A stretch of 64,000 bases of DNA from Lama guanicoe. Taxonomy: Eukaryota. The translations under genes were made by a program, and so were the position numbers. Below, piece after piece: positions 48,461 through 62,310 of the stretch (its first letter is position 1; the number at the start of each line of letters is the position of its first letter). The stretch lies in contig MU056000.1 of NCBI GenBank assembly GCA_013239625.1, positions 7,663,214-7,727,213 on the forward strand, in the 5' to 3' direction. The notes beneath the pieces are model-generated. The model saw only the letters and a program-made list of their open reading frames with translations. It made no database searches and was not told the origin of the DNA.

Positions 48461-51400
48461 GAAGAGGCAGGGGCCAGGGCGGGAGGCGAGAACGGACAGT
48501 CTCTGCTGGAGCTCTGAGCATCTCCCTTCAGTCCTCCGGGGGCGCGGCCGCGGCAAGGACAGGGGAGGGGCAATCTTCTAAAAGCACGTCTCGTGTTTCC
48601 GAAGTGCAAGGACCCGTGACGCAGGTATGGGAACAATTTAAAAAAGTGTTTGAAAAAGATATTCCTTTCTTTTGAAGGGAATGCTTTGTTGACAGCAAAA
48701 ATCCTTAAATACGACCAAACAGAGGCAGGTCATTTTACGTCTGCCTCACTTGCAGTTTAGAAGGTTTACTTTGGGTGGGTGGGGTTCCAGGCAGTGGCCC
48801 AGGAAGTGGCGACTTCTCTGGTCGTGAATGAGTAATGATAATCCGTATGTCATTAAAGGAAGGCAAGGTATTTCACAGTAGGAATATCGGCTAATGCCTG
48901 ATGGGTGTTCTGAGACCCAGGAGACACCAGACGTGAATGAGGCACGACTCTCAGTCCGGTTTTACTTGGCGAGTAGCGCTGGGTTAGCCAGCATCTCACT
49001 CTTACCCAGGTGACCGGAGATGTTTGCTCGGCAGTTCAGGATTCAGGATGCTTAGATTCCGTTGGGACCACGCAAATATTTACATCCCTGGAAGTGTCAG
49101 CAGAGTGGATGTAATAATAAAACTGCTTATGAAGGAATGAACTCATAAAAAGCACCAAAAAAAGCTTTCAAATCCTTCATGAGACCCATTTCTGAGAATG
49201 CAGACGTGTGACAGAATGAGTCTCTGCAGGTGACTTGCCTGTGGGTGGTGGGATTAGCGCACACCTGGGGATGATAAGGAGGGTGTTAGAGGCACCGAGG
49301 GGGCTGCCAGGAGCCCGACCCCTCTGCTTCGGGCCAGTGATTACACGCATGCGCACAGGATCTCTGACTGGGGGATGAGGGCGGGGCTTAGGGAACGGCG
49401 CAGCGTGGAAACCCAGTTAAGGGTCTGGATTAGAGCAGTTTCCTGAGCCACAGCTTGGGAGATCCTGGAGGAGCAAGGAGAGGTAGCTGGTTATCTCCAT
49501 CTCTATCCCTCCCTTTATGGACTGATGCACAGTGAAAGGTGTGATGATCAAAACAAAGAACTCCAAAACTGCTACATTCACCTGTGCCTGCAAGGGACCT
49601 CAGTTTTAATTCTGACGGCACCTACCTCCAAACATAACCGGGAACAATATAACCTTTTTTCAGTTATGCTGAATAACTACTCGAAGATGGATCTCATGAC
49701 CGACCCTCTCCATCTTTCACTGCACTGAAAGTTTTAGTCATTTAACGGAAAAAAAAAAATGGTTTTCTTTCTAAAGAAGAAGGAACATGAAGGTATATTT
49801 TCTCCAGGATAGTTACTGCAACACTCACATTTCTTTTATCCAACTAGCCGTGGACATACTTGTCATCTAGGCAACGTGCAATCAATTTAATTATTCATTT
49901 ATTACCACTGTCAGTCAGAAAGACTTGAAAGTGGCTTACACAAACACACACAATTTGGGTACAGAGTTGTTAAATCATTATTTGCCTCTTTGATCACTAT
50001 TTTTTCTTCTTGACATTTTAACTCATTATAGACCAGAGGCTCTTCCCTGAATTCTATGCTATTGAGTGTTAACCGCAGTGCCCCTTCACATCATACCTTT
50101 GTCTTCTAGGGGTTAGAGAAGAAAGCTCAGGGAAAGAAACAGAGCGACGAATAGTCACAGGAACTAGGGTAGGGCTGTTAGCCCTTAGATGATAAAGAAC
50201 TCCTTTAACGTCCATCTTTCACCTCCAGCAGAATGACCGCAAAGCTGTGCCCTTCAGCTCCAGACCCAGCCAAGCTGTCAAAAATGTGATATGAGATCTG
50301 CACCTCAAATTGCCTTTTATTTTTAACACATTAAACTTAAAACTGGAGGTTGTTAAATTGTTCCAAGTATAGGGAGATAGACATTCAAGAGAAGAGGAGT
50401 TCAAAGTCATTGAACTTTAAATTGCCACCAGAAATAATCTGATTTTCTTTATCTCACCCTCTTACTGTCCTTCTACCAGTTTCAGCTTCTGTGTGAAAGT
50501 TTCCGGCGTGTTTCTTTATGAAATTGTTTTATTCCCTAAAGCTACTCTTATCCACATCAGTATTTTCAATGGTCCAGAGAATGTGAGAATCAAGGTCACG
50601 TTCTTCACAGCCTCACGACCATTATGGGTCCTCATGGTTTGTCTACTTGGCGGTTGCTCTATTTCCTACAGACCTTCCCCTGAAGTATTTTGAGGTCCCT
50701 GAATTTATAACCATCTCCATCATATATATATATTTGTTTATCATCATAGAGATATGTATTTCTATTCTACCATCCCATAAACATCTCCAAGAAGACTGTT
50801 ACTAGAGAGATTTCCACTAACAGAGCTCAGATGAAGGTCTTTCAGACCAGTCTACACAAGGTTAGTACAACACACACTCGCCCCATAGCCTCTTATTCTG
50901 GAAACTCTGCGGGACAGTCCATTCAGATCAGCACGTGCATTTGTTAGGTCTGTGTGCAAAGGATGAGCTAAAGCTATTTGTCAAGGCTCAAAACTGCTTT
51001 CACTCTGGGTCTCTGTTGATGGAGAGGTCGAATTAGACAGGTGTCCGAGTCAGCCCTTCGCTCCCAGTGAGAACCCAGTCTCTCCCAATGACTGGTAAGC
51101 TCTGTCTCAGTTTCTGTCCCATAAATTAAGGGCAAAAAGACTCAGTCACCTTGGGGAATTTACAACAGAGTCCTGCCTGTGCCTCAGGCTCTGAGCTTCT
51201 GTTTAAATTGCTCTGAGTAGGGTCTGGGCCTTGGTATTTTCAAAAGCCCCCAGGTGACGCTAGTGAACAGCCTGGCTGGGAACTTGGAGGGTCTCTGCAA
51301 CAGTGGCTGGCGGGGACTAACAGGGATACAGAATACATTTTAAAGGGCTAAATCCTAGGAGATCCGTCGGTCTCTGACTCTATTTGGGAAAGTCAGATAA

Positions 51401-54400
51401 GGCATTCTCAAGGCTGATGTCTACAGGAACAAAAAGAGGTGCAACCTCAGAGCAGAGGGACCCTAAACCTACCCCCGCCCCCAACTGAGCCCCAGTCATG
51501 CCTGATTACCCAGCCAGCACCACATGATTCGATTTCACAGTCGACACCTTTGACCAGGCAGCTCCATGACCAGACACAGTACCTTCTCTGTTTCTGCCTG
51601 TCACATCTTCCTCCTCCTGCTCAGTTTTGTGCTAGGTAAACAGGAGGCAGGCCGCACGTGTTCATTAAGTCACTATTGCTAAATGAATTCTACCTCTGAG
51701 GTTTGGGAAAGCTTTCAGCAACGCTGCTACAGTTTTCTTTGTCAGCTATGAACAAAATGCTATGACATCACACTTTGGTCTGTTGCAAGCTTATCTGTCC
51801 GCCCAGCTGTGAGGCAGGGCCGGGCTTGTTTACTTCCAAAGCCCTGGTCTCTAGCACCATACCTGCAACACGGAGGTGCCTGATACACACCAGTCAGATT
51901 TGATTTAAGATGACTGCATTCATTATTGTAAATGCAACGATAAGCGATGTCATTGTCTTTACTGCTAACTCTACAGTTAACGAACGAAGGTTATCAGAGC
52001 CTTACAATTTTTTTTTCAGTCTAGCTTAGAGCAACCTCACCAGTGTCACCTGCTGCAACTGGTGTATCAGTCCTTTACGACATACTCACTGCTGGGCTGC
52101 AGGCAGGGTTAGTTTAGCTAAAATGGCACCTACGAAAAAGAAAAGAAAAAGATAAAAGTAGCCTATGGCTTGCCTGCTCCATTTGAAATGGTAAATTCTC
52201 TCAGCTCCCCATGTTTCAATGTGAGGTATACAAAGCTGCCTCCTCTTTAACCAATCTTGTAAATAATCTTGGAGCATCATTCCACCTGCCACATCTGGCC
52301 CTGGATCAGCGCTGAGTCCACCCACAGCTCTCGGAGCACGTACCTCGCACACCCCAGCCCTTTCACCAATCTCTACCGCTTCCTGCATCCTGCAGCTCAG
52401 GAAACATAAGCACCTGTCCACAGCAGATATACTCACTTCTCCCCAGACATGATCGTTAGCAGAGCCAGGAGAAAAGGAGGAGAAGGGGGAGACAGGTACA
52501 TTTCTCATTAGATATGCTCCCATCTCCTTTAGGTGGGGTTCAGGGGCCCACACCTGCCACTTGGTGTGGACTGTGCCCACGAGACCGAATGGGCCAGTTT
52601 CTGGAGGGGTCATCTTGTGGGAACATCACTGGGCAGGGAACACTGATGAACAGAGTCACTGCTCCGGAGAGGGAGCAGGGTGCCGTGTGTGCCAGCAGGA
52701 GATGTGCAGAGCCTATGGGTGTGAGGGAATGAAACGGAGCCACGTGGGAGTGTGCCCAGAATTCCTCCTCCCCCGACGGCCAGAGAGCGTCCTGTCACTG
52801 CCCGCAGAGCCGGGAGTGAGCCCCGCCCCCCAGGGCTGGATCAGAGGAGCATGGGGAAGGATGTTGCCAGCTGGAAGAGGAGGGAGAAGAGATTAGGGAG
52901 AGAACTTGTTCAGTCTGTGTAATAAAGAGCTTAGAGCAGAAGTGGAGAGGAAGAGTAAATATCTCAAGGGCTGTTTGGAGGATCTGGTGACTAGAGAGGC
53001 TAGAGAAAAGGGGTTGAGCACCAAACCCTCGTCAACCTGCTTTAGGAGGTGATACTAACAGGGCGTGGGATTTCAGGTTACTGACGCTGTGATCCTGAGC
53101 TCGGAAAGAGGCTCCCTTTAGTGACTAGACAACGATGGGGTGGAAAGTGACAACGCCCATGAATATTTATAGCTGTGATGATGAGCTAAATGGTGAGGCT
53201 TCCACTTGCAGTTCTGCTTCCAAAGTGACTTGTGGAAGTTTTATCTTCTATACTTCAAATTTAGATGTAACAAATCTCTTCTAATGATAAGTGACATCTG
53301 TGACTTGGACAAAAGGTTCAATAAATAGTTAACCTTGAAAATGGAGAATAGTTGTTCCTTCCACTGAGGATATTAGTTGGAACCCAACATATATACAAGG
53401 ACACCGTCCGCCAGTATGTTTTTCCTCCCTTTGGAAACATCTCTGGAACTTCCTTCATCGGATAAGATTAAGTTGGCATCTAAACAAGAATTTCTCAGTA
53501 GGCTTAAAAAGACTATTTAGTTCTGAAGTAACAAATGCAAGTTCTTTGCGGAAGCTGTCCTTGAAGGCTCTCGGCCCATAAAGCTTGTCAATTCTCATTT
53601 GCTGTGAGTGACTTGAGATGCAGAGGAAGCGTGCTGAAAATCCTTGGGGCTTTTAGCAACTCAAGTTCATCCACTTATTCAACCTAGAACACATACAGCT
53701 TGTACCTGCCGTCACCAACGGGACCGTGTCAGGAACCTGTTTTTCAAATAAAAGTTAAAACCTGAATTGTTGCCATCCCCTGAACCAGCGAAGACATTGC
53801 TCACTTGTGGAAAACCTGATCGCTCAAAATTGTGCCAGTTTTCCAGTCATTTTTTAGTGGAATAAACCTATCGATGTAATCACATGAAGCAGAGACAGAA
53901 AAGATTCCACATTAGTGGTAATTATACAAACATCCTCCTTCTTTCAATAATAGGTATCATAGAGAGAAAAAAACGGAAATAGAGTATTCAGCCTGAGTGA
54001 CGGAAGACAAAGCCCGATTTTGCGTGTCACTGAAACCGCAAGTCCTCTTTGCTACCATAAAACAAGCTTCCATCTCTTTTTAAGGTAAACTGTTTGTTAA
54101 AGATTCATTAGAATTAATTCCATCAACAATTCCAAAAGCTATCAGAGTTAAATATTTACACCAAATCTTAAGGGCCAAAGGGGAGTATTTACCATTTAAT
54201 GCAGAAATAAATACCACCTGGCAGGCCGGTTACTTTCATTAGCTCGTTTCAGCTCCGGTGCGTCTAACGAAATTTAATTGAATTGATTTGGGTACTTAAA
54301 GGTACAGTACACGTAAGGGTGAGAGTCTTCTACAGTACCGTCTTTTAAAAGCAAATATTGAGTAAATCCATTTCAGGAATTCAATTTACTGCCATTGGAC

Positions 54401-54929
54401 TAATTCTAAAAAACTGGTATCACTGAGAAGATTTGACAAACTGGAAGCAAACTGATACAATTTGGTCGAAGAAAGTATACCATTGTGAACTACTGGTACC
54501 AAATAGAATGCAGAAAACCACTGGGGAAATGGACCTACGACCAGCTCAGGCCTTTTGTTTCCCTGGTGTCACTCTGGTGGCCTTAAAACCAAGCTCTGCA
54601 GTGGACGACGTTTAACAATGGCCTCTGTTCTAATCAGTGCTGCAAAGTTAAATTTGGGGTGAAACTGAACCAAGTCCGGTCTTCAGGTTTACAAATCCAA
54701 GTCCGGCTTTCAGTACTGAAGACATTCTGACATATGAAAAGCCAGGTATTTTAGATCTATATCCATCAGAGGCCAATAAGTTCAAAGCTCACCCTGGGTC
54801 CCAGCTGCAAAATCTGCACACCCTACGCTGCTTCTGAATGTCTCAGACCATGGAAATGGAAGCAGAACCACTGAATGTGCCCTCTGTTAAGCTTAAACTC
54901 TGGGGTGGCTACGTTGTTGGATTTGTTTA

Positions 54930-56075
54930 ATAAACGTTAAAAAGTACCTAGCACTGTGCTGAGCACAGGGCAATGAGAACAGAGAGTCAGGCATGGCTCC
55001 TGAGGGGAAGGTAAAGGGGAGATGGGTATTTAAAATAGGATTACATTACCTCACATCACATTTCTGGTAAGAGCCATGAAGCAAATGTACAAGTTATGAA
55101 GGATTTTTACTAGCCTTAGAGAGATGGAGAGGCTGGTTTCTTTGAGGAAGTGACAGTTAAACTGAGATGGAAATAACCAGGCTTGGCGGGAGAGAAGGGA
55201 AGGCATTCTTGGCTGAGGAATGAACCTTTGCCCGTGCCATGCAAAGGCACTGAGGTTGACACTCTTGTGCCTGCAAGGAAGAGCAGGGGGAAGTAGGAGG
55301 CCAATGTGGCTGAAACAATGTGATTGAGGGAGGTCAGCTTAGAGAGGTGTGTCGGGCTCTATCTTGAGAGGAATTGGAAGCTAATGAGGAATTTTAATCA
55401 GGAGACTGACATGGTTAGATCTGGATTTTTTAAGAGTGTGTTCTGAATGCTTAAGGGAAAAGAGACTGAGGTTGGTGAAGGAGGTTCCGTAAAACCAATC
55501 AGGCAGCAATTGCTCTAGGACTAGGGGCAGGTGATGGTGAAAATGAAGATGGGGGAGGAAGCTGGATTTGAGAGATATTCAGACAATAGAATCCACAGGG
55601 CTTGGTGCTAAATGGAGTGAGATCAGGAAGAGGGAGGTATGAACTGGGTAACTCCTGGATTTCTGGAAAGAACCACTGGGCGGACTAGGTGCTGTTTACT
55701 GAGATGGGCAACAATGGAGGGAGGATGGATTTGGGGGAGATACTGAGAGCTACATGTTAGATGTGTGGGCTGTCAGAGCCTGTGAGCTATTTCAGTGGAG
55801 ATGTCGCGTTGGTGGTTGTGTATGTATAAGCTTAGAGTTCAGGAGTGAGGACCACATAGAGAAGTAAATGCAGATGCCAGTGGCCTTCAAATGTACTTAA
55901 AAGCCATAGGGTAGATGAGATCATCTCCACTAGAGGATATAGGGCGAAAAGCAAAGTTGCGTCAGGGAAGACCAGGAGTCTGCAAAGAAGACTGAGATGG
56001 AGTCTTGCAAGGTCAGAGAAGACCCGGGGGAGAGCGGTAGCTGAGAAGCCTGGAGGAGATCATGTAAGGGAGGAG
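54930..56075 (-). mobile_element. LINE-2
   Basis: tacctagcactgtgctgag...tttgaggaagtgacagttaaactgagatgg...ggatttgagagatattcag...tacttaaaagccat. Confidence 0.82.
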
Positions 56076-56077
56076 GA

Positions 56078-56422
56078 TGTGGCCAGGACTGCTAACTGGT
56101 CTCCCAAGTTCATTTCCTTTTCTTCCTGGACACACACCTAGACTACACGTCCCAACTTCCCTCGCAGTTTTGTACGGCCGTGGGATAGAGATCCAGCCAA
56201 TGGACCGGGAGGTGATGCACTTGTGCTGATGCCGAGTATGTGGCAGGAGGAGTCACAGCAGAGGAAGGAGTCTGGGTTCCCTGCTGTCTCCGTGGAGAAG
56301 AGCTGACCTGCCCACACGAACACCTGACCATGATGGTTGCAGGAAGGTAAACTTCTACTGAGTTGGATCATTTGGTGTTAAGGTCTGCCTGCTACAGCTG
56401 GGAGCCCTCCCTGACTAACACA
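56078..56422 (+). mobile_element. MaLR solo LTR (MLT1H/J-like)
   Basis: tgtggccagg...gactacacgtcccaacttccctcgcagtt...aaggagtctgggttccctg...ccctgactaacaca. Confidence 0.75.
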
Positions 56423-56849
56423 GAGGATGGGAATGGCTGAACCCTGCGGTTAGGAGCAATTTCAAAGGAGGTGTTAGGACAGACACCACATCTGACTGCA
56501 GCATGAAATGGAAAGTAGTGCATGAAACCTGAACTTTCTAGAAACTTAACTGTGAAAGGCAGAGCACGTGAGGGCAGAAAGTGGTGGGGCGGGAGATGGA
56601 GGAGGATGGCTGGTGGGGGACATTGCTTTTTTCTTCTGTAAGCTAGAAGCACAAAGAGAATGAGTATCTATCGGAAAAGAATGAAAGACCAGTGGGAGAG
56701 GCTGAAACAAGAGGAAAACTGATACGGTTAGGTTCTCACTCAAAGAAAATGACTTAACAAGAAACCTGGATGATAAATAGAAAAAAATGTATATTTTAGA
56801 ATAGAACCAAATATAAGCATAAAATAAAATAGTCAAGAAATAACTGTTA

Positions 56850-57797
56850 AGCAAACAACCCAATCCAAAAATGAGCAGAAGGACCTAAACAAGACATTCT
56901 CCAGTGAAGACATATGCTTGGCCAATAAGCACATGAAACCATGCTCAATATTGGTAATGATCAGAGAAATGCAAATCAAAACTACAGTGAGGTATCACCT
57001 CACACCAGTCAGAATGGCCATCATTCAAAAGTCCACAAATGATAAATGCTAGAGAGGGTGTGGAGAAAAGGGACCCCTCCTGCACTGCTGGTGGGAATGC
57101 AGTTTGGTGCAGCCAATACAGAGAACAGTATGGAGATTCCTCAAAAGTGAGAACAGACTTACCATACAATCCAGCAATCCCACTCCTGGGCATATGCCCA
57201 GAGGGAACCTTAATTCAAAANNNNNNNNNNNNNNNNNNNNNNNNNNNNNNNNNNNNNNNNNNNNNNNNNNNNNNNNNNNNNNNNNNNNNNNNNNNNNNNN
57301 NNNNNNNNNNNNNNNNNNNNNNNNNNNNNNNNNNNNNNNNNNNNNNNNNNNNNNNNNNNNNNNNNNNNNNNNNNNTTGCAGCACCATGGATGAACCTGGA
57401 GATGACCATACTAAGTAAGTCAGACAGAGAAAGACAAATATCATGATTATCACTTATATGTGGAATCTAAAAAAGAAGATAAATCAACTTATTGACAAAA
57501 TAGAAATAGACTCACAGACATAGAAAACAAAGATGGTTACCAAAGGGGAAAGGGGCAGAGGAGGGATCAGTTAAAGGTATGGGATTAACAGATACACACT
57601 ATTATATATAAAATAGATAAACAAGGACCTACTGTACAGCACAGGGAACTATATTTAATATCATGTAATAACCTATAATAGAAAAGAATCTGAAAAAGAT
57701 ATATATATACACATACATATATATAACTGAATCACTTTGCTGTACACTTGAAACTAACACAACATTGTAAATCAAATTATACTTAAAACAAAAAAAG
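56850..57797 (+). mobile_element. L1 3' portion (end of ORF2, 3' UTR, A-tail), with N-run
   Basis: aaacaacccaatccaaaaatg...gaaatgcaaatcaaaactaca...ccagcaatcccactcctgggcata...ctgtacacttgaaactaacacaacattgtaaatc. Confidence 0.93.
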
Positions 57798-60249
57798 TTT
57801 TCTTAGTTTCTGATTCAATCCTTTTCCCCTGCCGTTTGTCTCTGGGGTATTTTTGGAGGTTTTGATTTAAAATGCTACGGGTGAAGCCTCGTGGGAGAGG
57901 AACACTTCAGCTGGATGCTGCTCAGCAGGATTCTCCCCCAACTTGGAGATCCAGCTCAACAACAGCTATAACTTAGTCACTTCTTGTTTAGCAACTGCCA
58001 TGTGCATCGATTTCCACTTTTGTACAATTGATTTTTGCTTCTGTTCTCATTTGTGCCTTTGTTTTCGGACAGATATCATATGATGAGTGTCTGAGACTCG
58101 TCTTGGAGAGGTCGAGACCTCTCATAAAGGAAGAGCCGATTTGTCGATACTAAAATCAACGTGCAAACGCCCAGATTTATGGAGGAGACAGTATCATAGC
58201 TGAGTTTAACCTCAGCCTTTTTGTTTCCTACCCCAGCTTGACATCCACTGATTTAGAGAAGAAAGAACTCAAGTTGCTACAATTCTAAGTCTCCAGGGCA
58301 CTGGACTTGGGTTTTTTAAGAGTTTGGCCCAAAGTCTGCACGTCCTTCCAGTCATCTCTTGGCGAAGAATTTTCTGGCACAGCAGAACGATGAATTCATC
58401 CCTGGTAAGCAATTTCCTTGATAAAACGACAGCTCTCCATTCAGTCACTTAATTTATTTCTACAGAGGATTTACTGCTTTTCCATCACCCTCTTAGATCC
58501 TCGCCAAGTAAAGTAATCTATTAATTCTCAAAATGGCAACATGCTTGCCCTTCTTGCTGCAAAGCTTAGAGATCAAGATTTTGAACTTTGACCCTGTTAT
58601 ATGTTTGTTTCCTCAACAATATTTCAGAATACCGTTCTAGTTCTCACTGTGGTCCAGTGTTGATTTTTCAAGTGTCCAGCAGGTGAGTGAGCAGGACTTC
58701 AGGTCAAGGGGTCAGGACTACTGGCTCCTCTCCTCCAGGACAGAGCCAGTCTCCTGGACACAGTAAAAGACAACACAAGGGCTGTGTCCATCCTCTCACC
58801 CACTGCTACTTCTCCCACTCCATCTCAGGATGTGTCTGTGCCTCGGAGGATGGAGCAGATTCCTTGTGCCTGATGCTCCACCATTTCCTGTAGAGCCATC
58901 ACCCTGAGAAGGGTTCCCTCAGTGTCACACAGGATGGCCTGGGATGACTCCAGGTTGCTTTTGTGGCTTTTCTCAGAGCCTTCAAGAGTGGCCTGGAGTT
59001 CCTAAGGGCCAGGGCAGAGGGGCCTCACCCGCTGAGCCACTGAGACCCAGAGACTAGCACTTGTCCAAAGGTGTAGATGGGAGCTGGGGAAGGACCAAAA
59101 GCTGCTGTCCTGAGCTGGCATGTTCACCCTGGGAGCCTTGGAATGTGTCCTGTGTAAGGCAGATGTCATGGGAGTTGGCAGGGGACCTCCCAGCTGGCAC
59201 CTTGATTGAGGGGCCAACCACGGCCAGGTAGGAATTAATCACCAGCCAGAGCAACGTTCAGACACACTGGTTGTCATTCTTTAGTAAGAAGTTATTTTTC
59301 CCCAATGTGAGAGCAAACATGAAGATCTTATTTGCGTTTCTAATAATTAAACATTAACATAGAATTATTTAACTAGAATTGAAGGAAGCTTTTGATTCAA
59401 AGCCTAAGAATCATGTGCTAAATCTTGTTCCAATGGGCCGCAGTGATAAACACGCTCACACTGTAAGTCACTGCTCTGCAAATAACGTGAAAGCCAAACA
59501 GGCCACACAAATTTTAACACCAAAGCCCGTTACGGAATTTGTGTTTAGGAAGCTCCACTTGAATTGATCTTGGAACTAAGGTCTCATGAAGACCAGCAGT
59601 GATCTGCACTGGCTGGGACTGAGATCCACTTCAATCTGCCTTGCCATTAAGCTGCATTGAAAGCCCTCACAGACACTGGTAGCCAAGAGGGGAATTTAGA
59701 AGTTTGTCAAGCAGAGAAATCAAAGGAACTACGAACTGTAATTTTTAAAAATGTTAAACCATTTCCATTATTTTTGCCAGAGGTATAGATATGCTTTATT
59801 TAACTGATTTCATTGACTTCATTTCTCTTTCTTGCATGTCATCACCCAGTCTCTTTCGGGGAGCATTTGTTCATTTTGCATAATATACACTTATGGTTTC
59901 CCCTCACTCAGAATCCTGTTCATTAGAAGTACTTATTCATTGTGCTAGAGTTGGAGGCAAGTCTCATTGCAGTCTCTAGGAAGAAATGACATGGAATGTA
60001 AGTTTGTTATACTAATCTTCTTCCAGTTAATATCTGAACCAAAAAAGAAAAGTCTTCTACATGAGTAAAAATAAATCTTATCTAGTTATTAAATTTTACA
60101 GCACCACTATGCTGCAAAAAGTTTAGCTGTTGGTTCAAGCTATTTATGATACTTAAAAGCCATTCTTTGAAAATTTGAATGTGAAATTTTTACTCATCTA
60201 AACCAGACTGCCCTACAATTATTTCTAATTCATAAGGAATGACCTTGAT

Positions 60250-61120
60250 TCAGACCTGGGGAGGAGGCCAGAAAGGTGAATTTCAGGGGAGGTGATATTA
60301 AGAAAATGTTCAGGGAGGCAGGTGGGTGGAGGGTGGGATGGCTAGGTACAGCTGGCGGCTGAGTGCAGGCAGACGGATGAAACAGCAAGGCTGAGGCTGC
60401 TTCTGAAAGGTCTCGTGGGCTGTGCTAAGACGTTTGGGTTCCTTCCTGAGGGCAACACGAGTCATTGAGAGGTGCAGCTCCAAGGAATCATTTAATCAGA
60501 TTCGCTTTTTAGAAAGCTCACCCTGGCTGCCCTTTGGCGAAAGGCCAGGAGAGGAGGAAGCCCGCAGGTACAGGGCCCAGTTAGGGTCTGTGGCAAAATC
60601 CAGAAGATGGAGAGAGCTGCTCAAGGCCGTGACCATGGAAAGAAGTGGAGGGAGGCGGGAGTCTGGGCTTTTCTGGGCAGTTGGATGCCGATAATATGAA
60701 GGAGAGGAAAGAGCCAGGGGTGGTCCCTGGGGACTGGCTCGGGTGACGGGTGGAGGGCTGTGCTGGTCACTGATCAGAGAGTGCAGGAGGAGGAGCCGAA
60801 TCCAGGAAAAGTGGGCCCATGTGAGGTGCTATGGGCATCTGAATTGGTTACCTAACTAGTGGCTAGATAATGAAGAGAGGTGGGGGCTAGAGAGAGAGAT
60901 TCAGGCGACCACCACGTGTGGCTGGTAACTGCACCCAGGGAAGAGTTACAGACACCCCGGAAGAGGCGGTGTGTGAGATGAGAAAGATCTGGACACAGGA
61001 CCCTGTGGGACAGCAACATTTAGGGAGCGAACAGGAAGACCAGCCCACAAAGGATGGAGAAGGAGCAACCAGAGACCCTGAGGTGACCCAGGGGACGGTG
61101 ATGTCACGGGAACCCGGAGA
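60250..61120 (-). mobile_element. LINE-2 fragments
   Basis: agattcgctttttagaaagctcaccctggctg, ggaccctgtgggacagcaacattt, gaccagcccacaaaggatggagaagg. Confidence 0.7.
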
Positions 61121-62194
61121 AGACTAATTTGGTGAGAGACGCTGTCTTACCACAACATTTTCAGATTATAAACATACAAGATACACAACAGGCTTCTTAT
61201 CGGAGGAACGTGACGTATTTACTAAGCCAGAGCCTGACCTCACATCTTCTTATTCCAATGCTAGACTTCTCCATGATCCTCAACCCAGTGAGCATGTCTT
61301 CAGCATCCTTGACCTGCCACGTACACAAATTCTGCACCAAAATGGAATAAAAGCATTCAGACCACTTCCAAAACCATGACGGCTTTCATTGTCACTAACG
61401 GCCTTCCTACAAAGCCCTATGTTCATAGTTTGGTTTACCTAAAACCTGCCCTGCGAAAGTGGTCTCTCCAGGGCTCTGTACACATTGCTGATGGTGCTGA
61501 CAGACACGGACGCTTAGCAGGAAGACTGGGGGAAGGGGGCACTGGATTAGGTATCAAGCAGCTGGAAGATGACAGGGTGGAGAAACCAAGAAGAAAGGGA
61601 AGTGTGAAAATGTAGGTAGAGGTGGACAACGATGATAATGATAACAAAGTGGAAACTTAGGATCCAGATGTCCCGCTGCCTGTGGACAGGGTGGCAAGGA
61701 GCACTTGTAGCCAAACGGCATGAAAAATGCTCTAGAATTAACAGCAGTAACTCCCATTGGTATATGAGTCTCCAGTTGACAAAGCTCTTGGATGACTGAT
61801 GTCTCATTCGAGATCAAGAGCAACCCAGTGAGGCAAGTGTACGGCGTTGACCTCACTGGTGAGGAAACCAAGGGATGGGGTGGGACTGATGGAGAGATGC
61901 CTGCAGTCTCCATGAGAAGGTGTGGAAGTTCTCTGATGCAAGGGCTGAGGAAAGTTGCAGACTCTGCCACACAGAGCAGAAGGAAGGCATCATGAAGACC
62001 CACTGCAGACCACTGAGGAGGTGACTCGCTTTTCTGGAGACTCTATGTCAGGAACCTGCTCGTCTGGTTCAGACATCTGGACACAAAACGACCCCGGCAG
62101 ATCTCTGAGCTTTACCTGTGAGGCCTGGGGAATCAAAGATCTGCCCCTGCCCCTCCAAGGACTGGGCCCCAGGGCTGCCAAAGTCAACTGCTAC

Positions 62195-62310
62195 ACCCAG
62201 GGCAGAGAGGCTCAAGTGACTTGTCCAAGGTCATGCTGCTGGTAAGTGGCAGGGCTGTGCCTTCACCCTCTGGCCGTTTGAGTCTAAGTCAGATGCTCTT
62301 TGTGTGTCAC
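62195..62310 (-). mobile_element. MIR fragment
   Basis: cagagaggctcaagtgacttgtccaaggtcatgctgctggtaagtggcaggg. Confidence 0.75.

Noticed and set aside
52086-52613. 175-aa minus-strand intronic ORF
   Set aside because: No recognisable homology to delta-catenin or any family, and no convincing exon boundaries.
54670-54725. Short direct repeat ccaagtccgg x2 and small inverted repeat
   Set aside because: Too short to distinguish from local slippage or chance.
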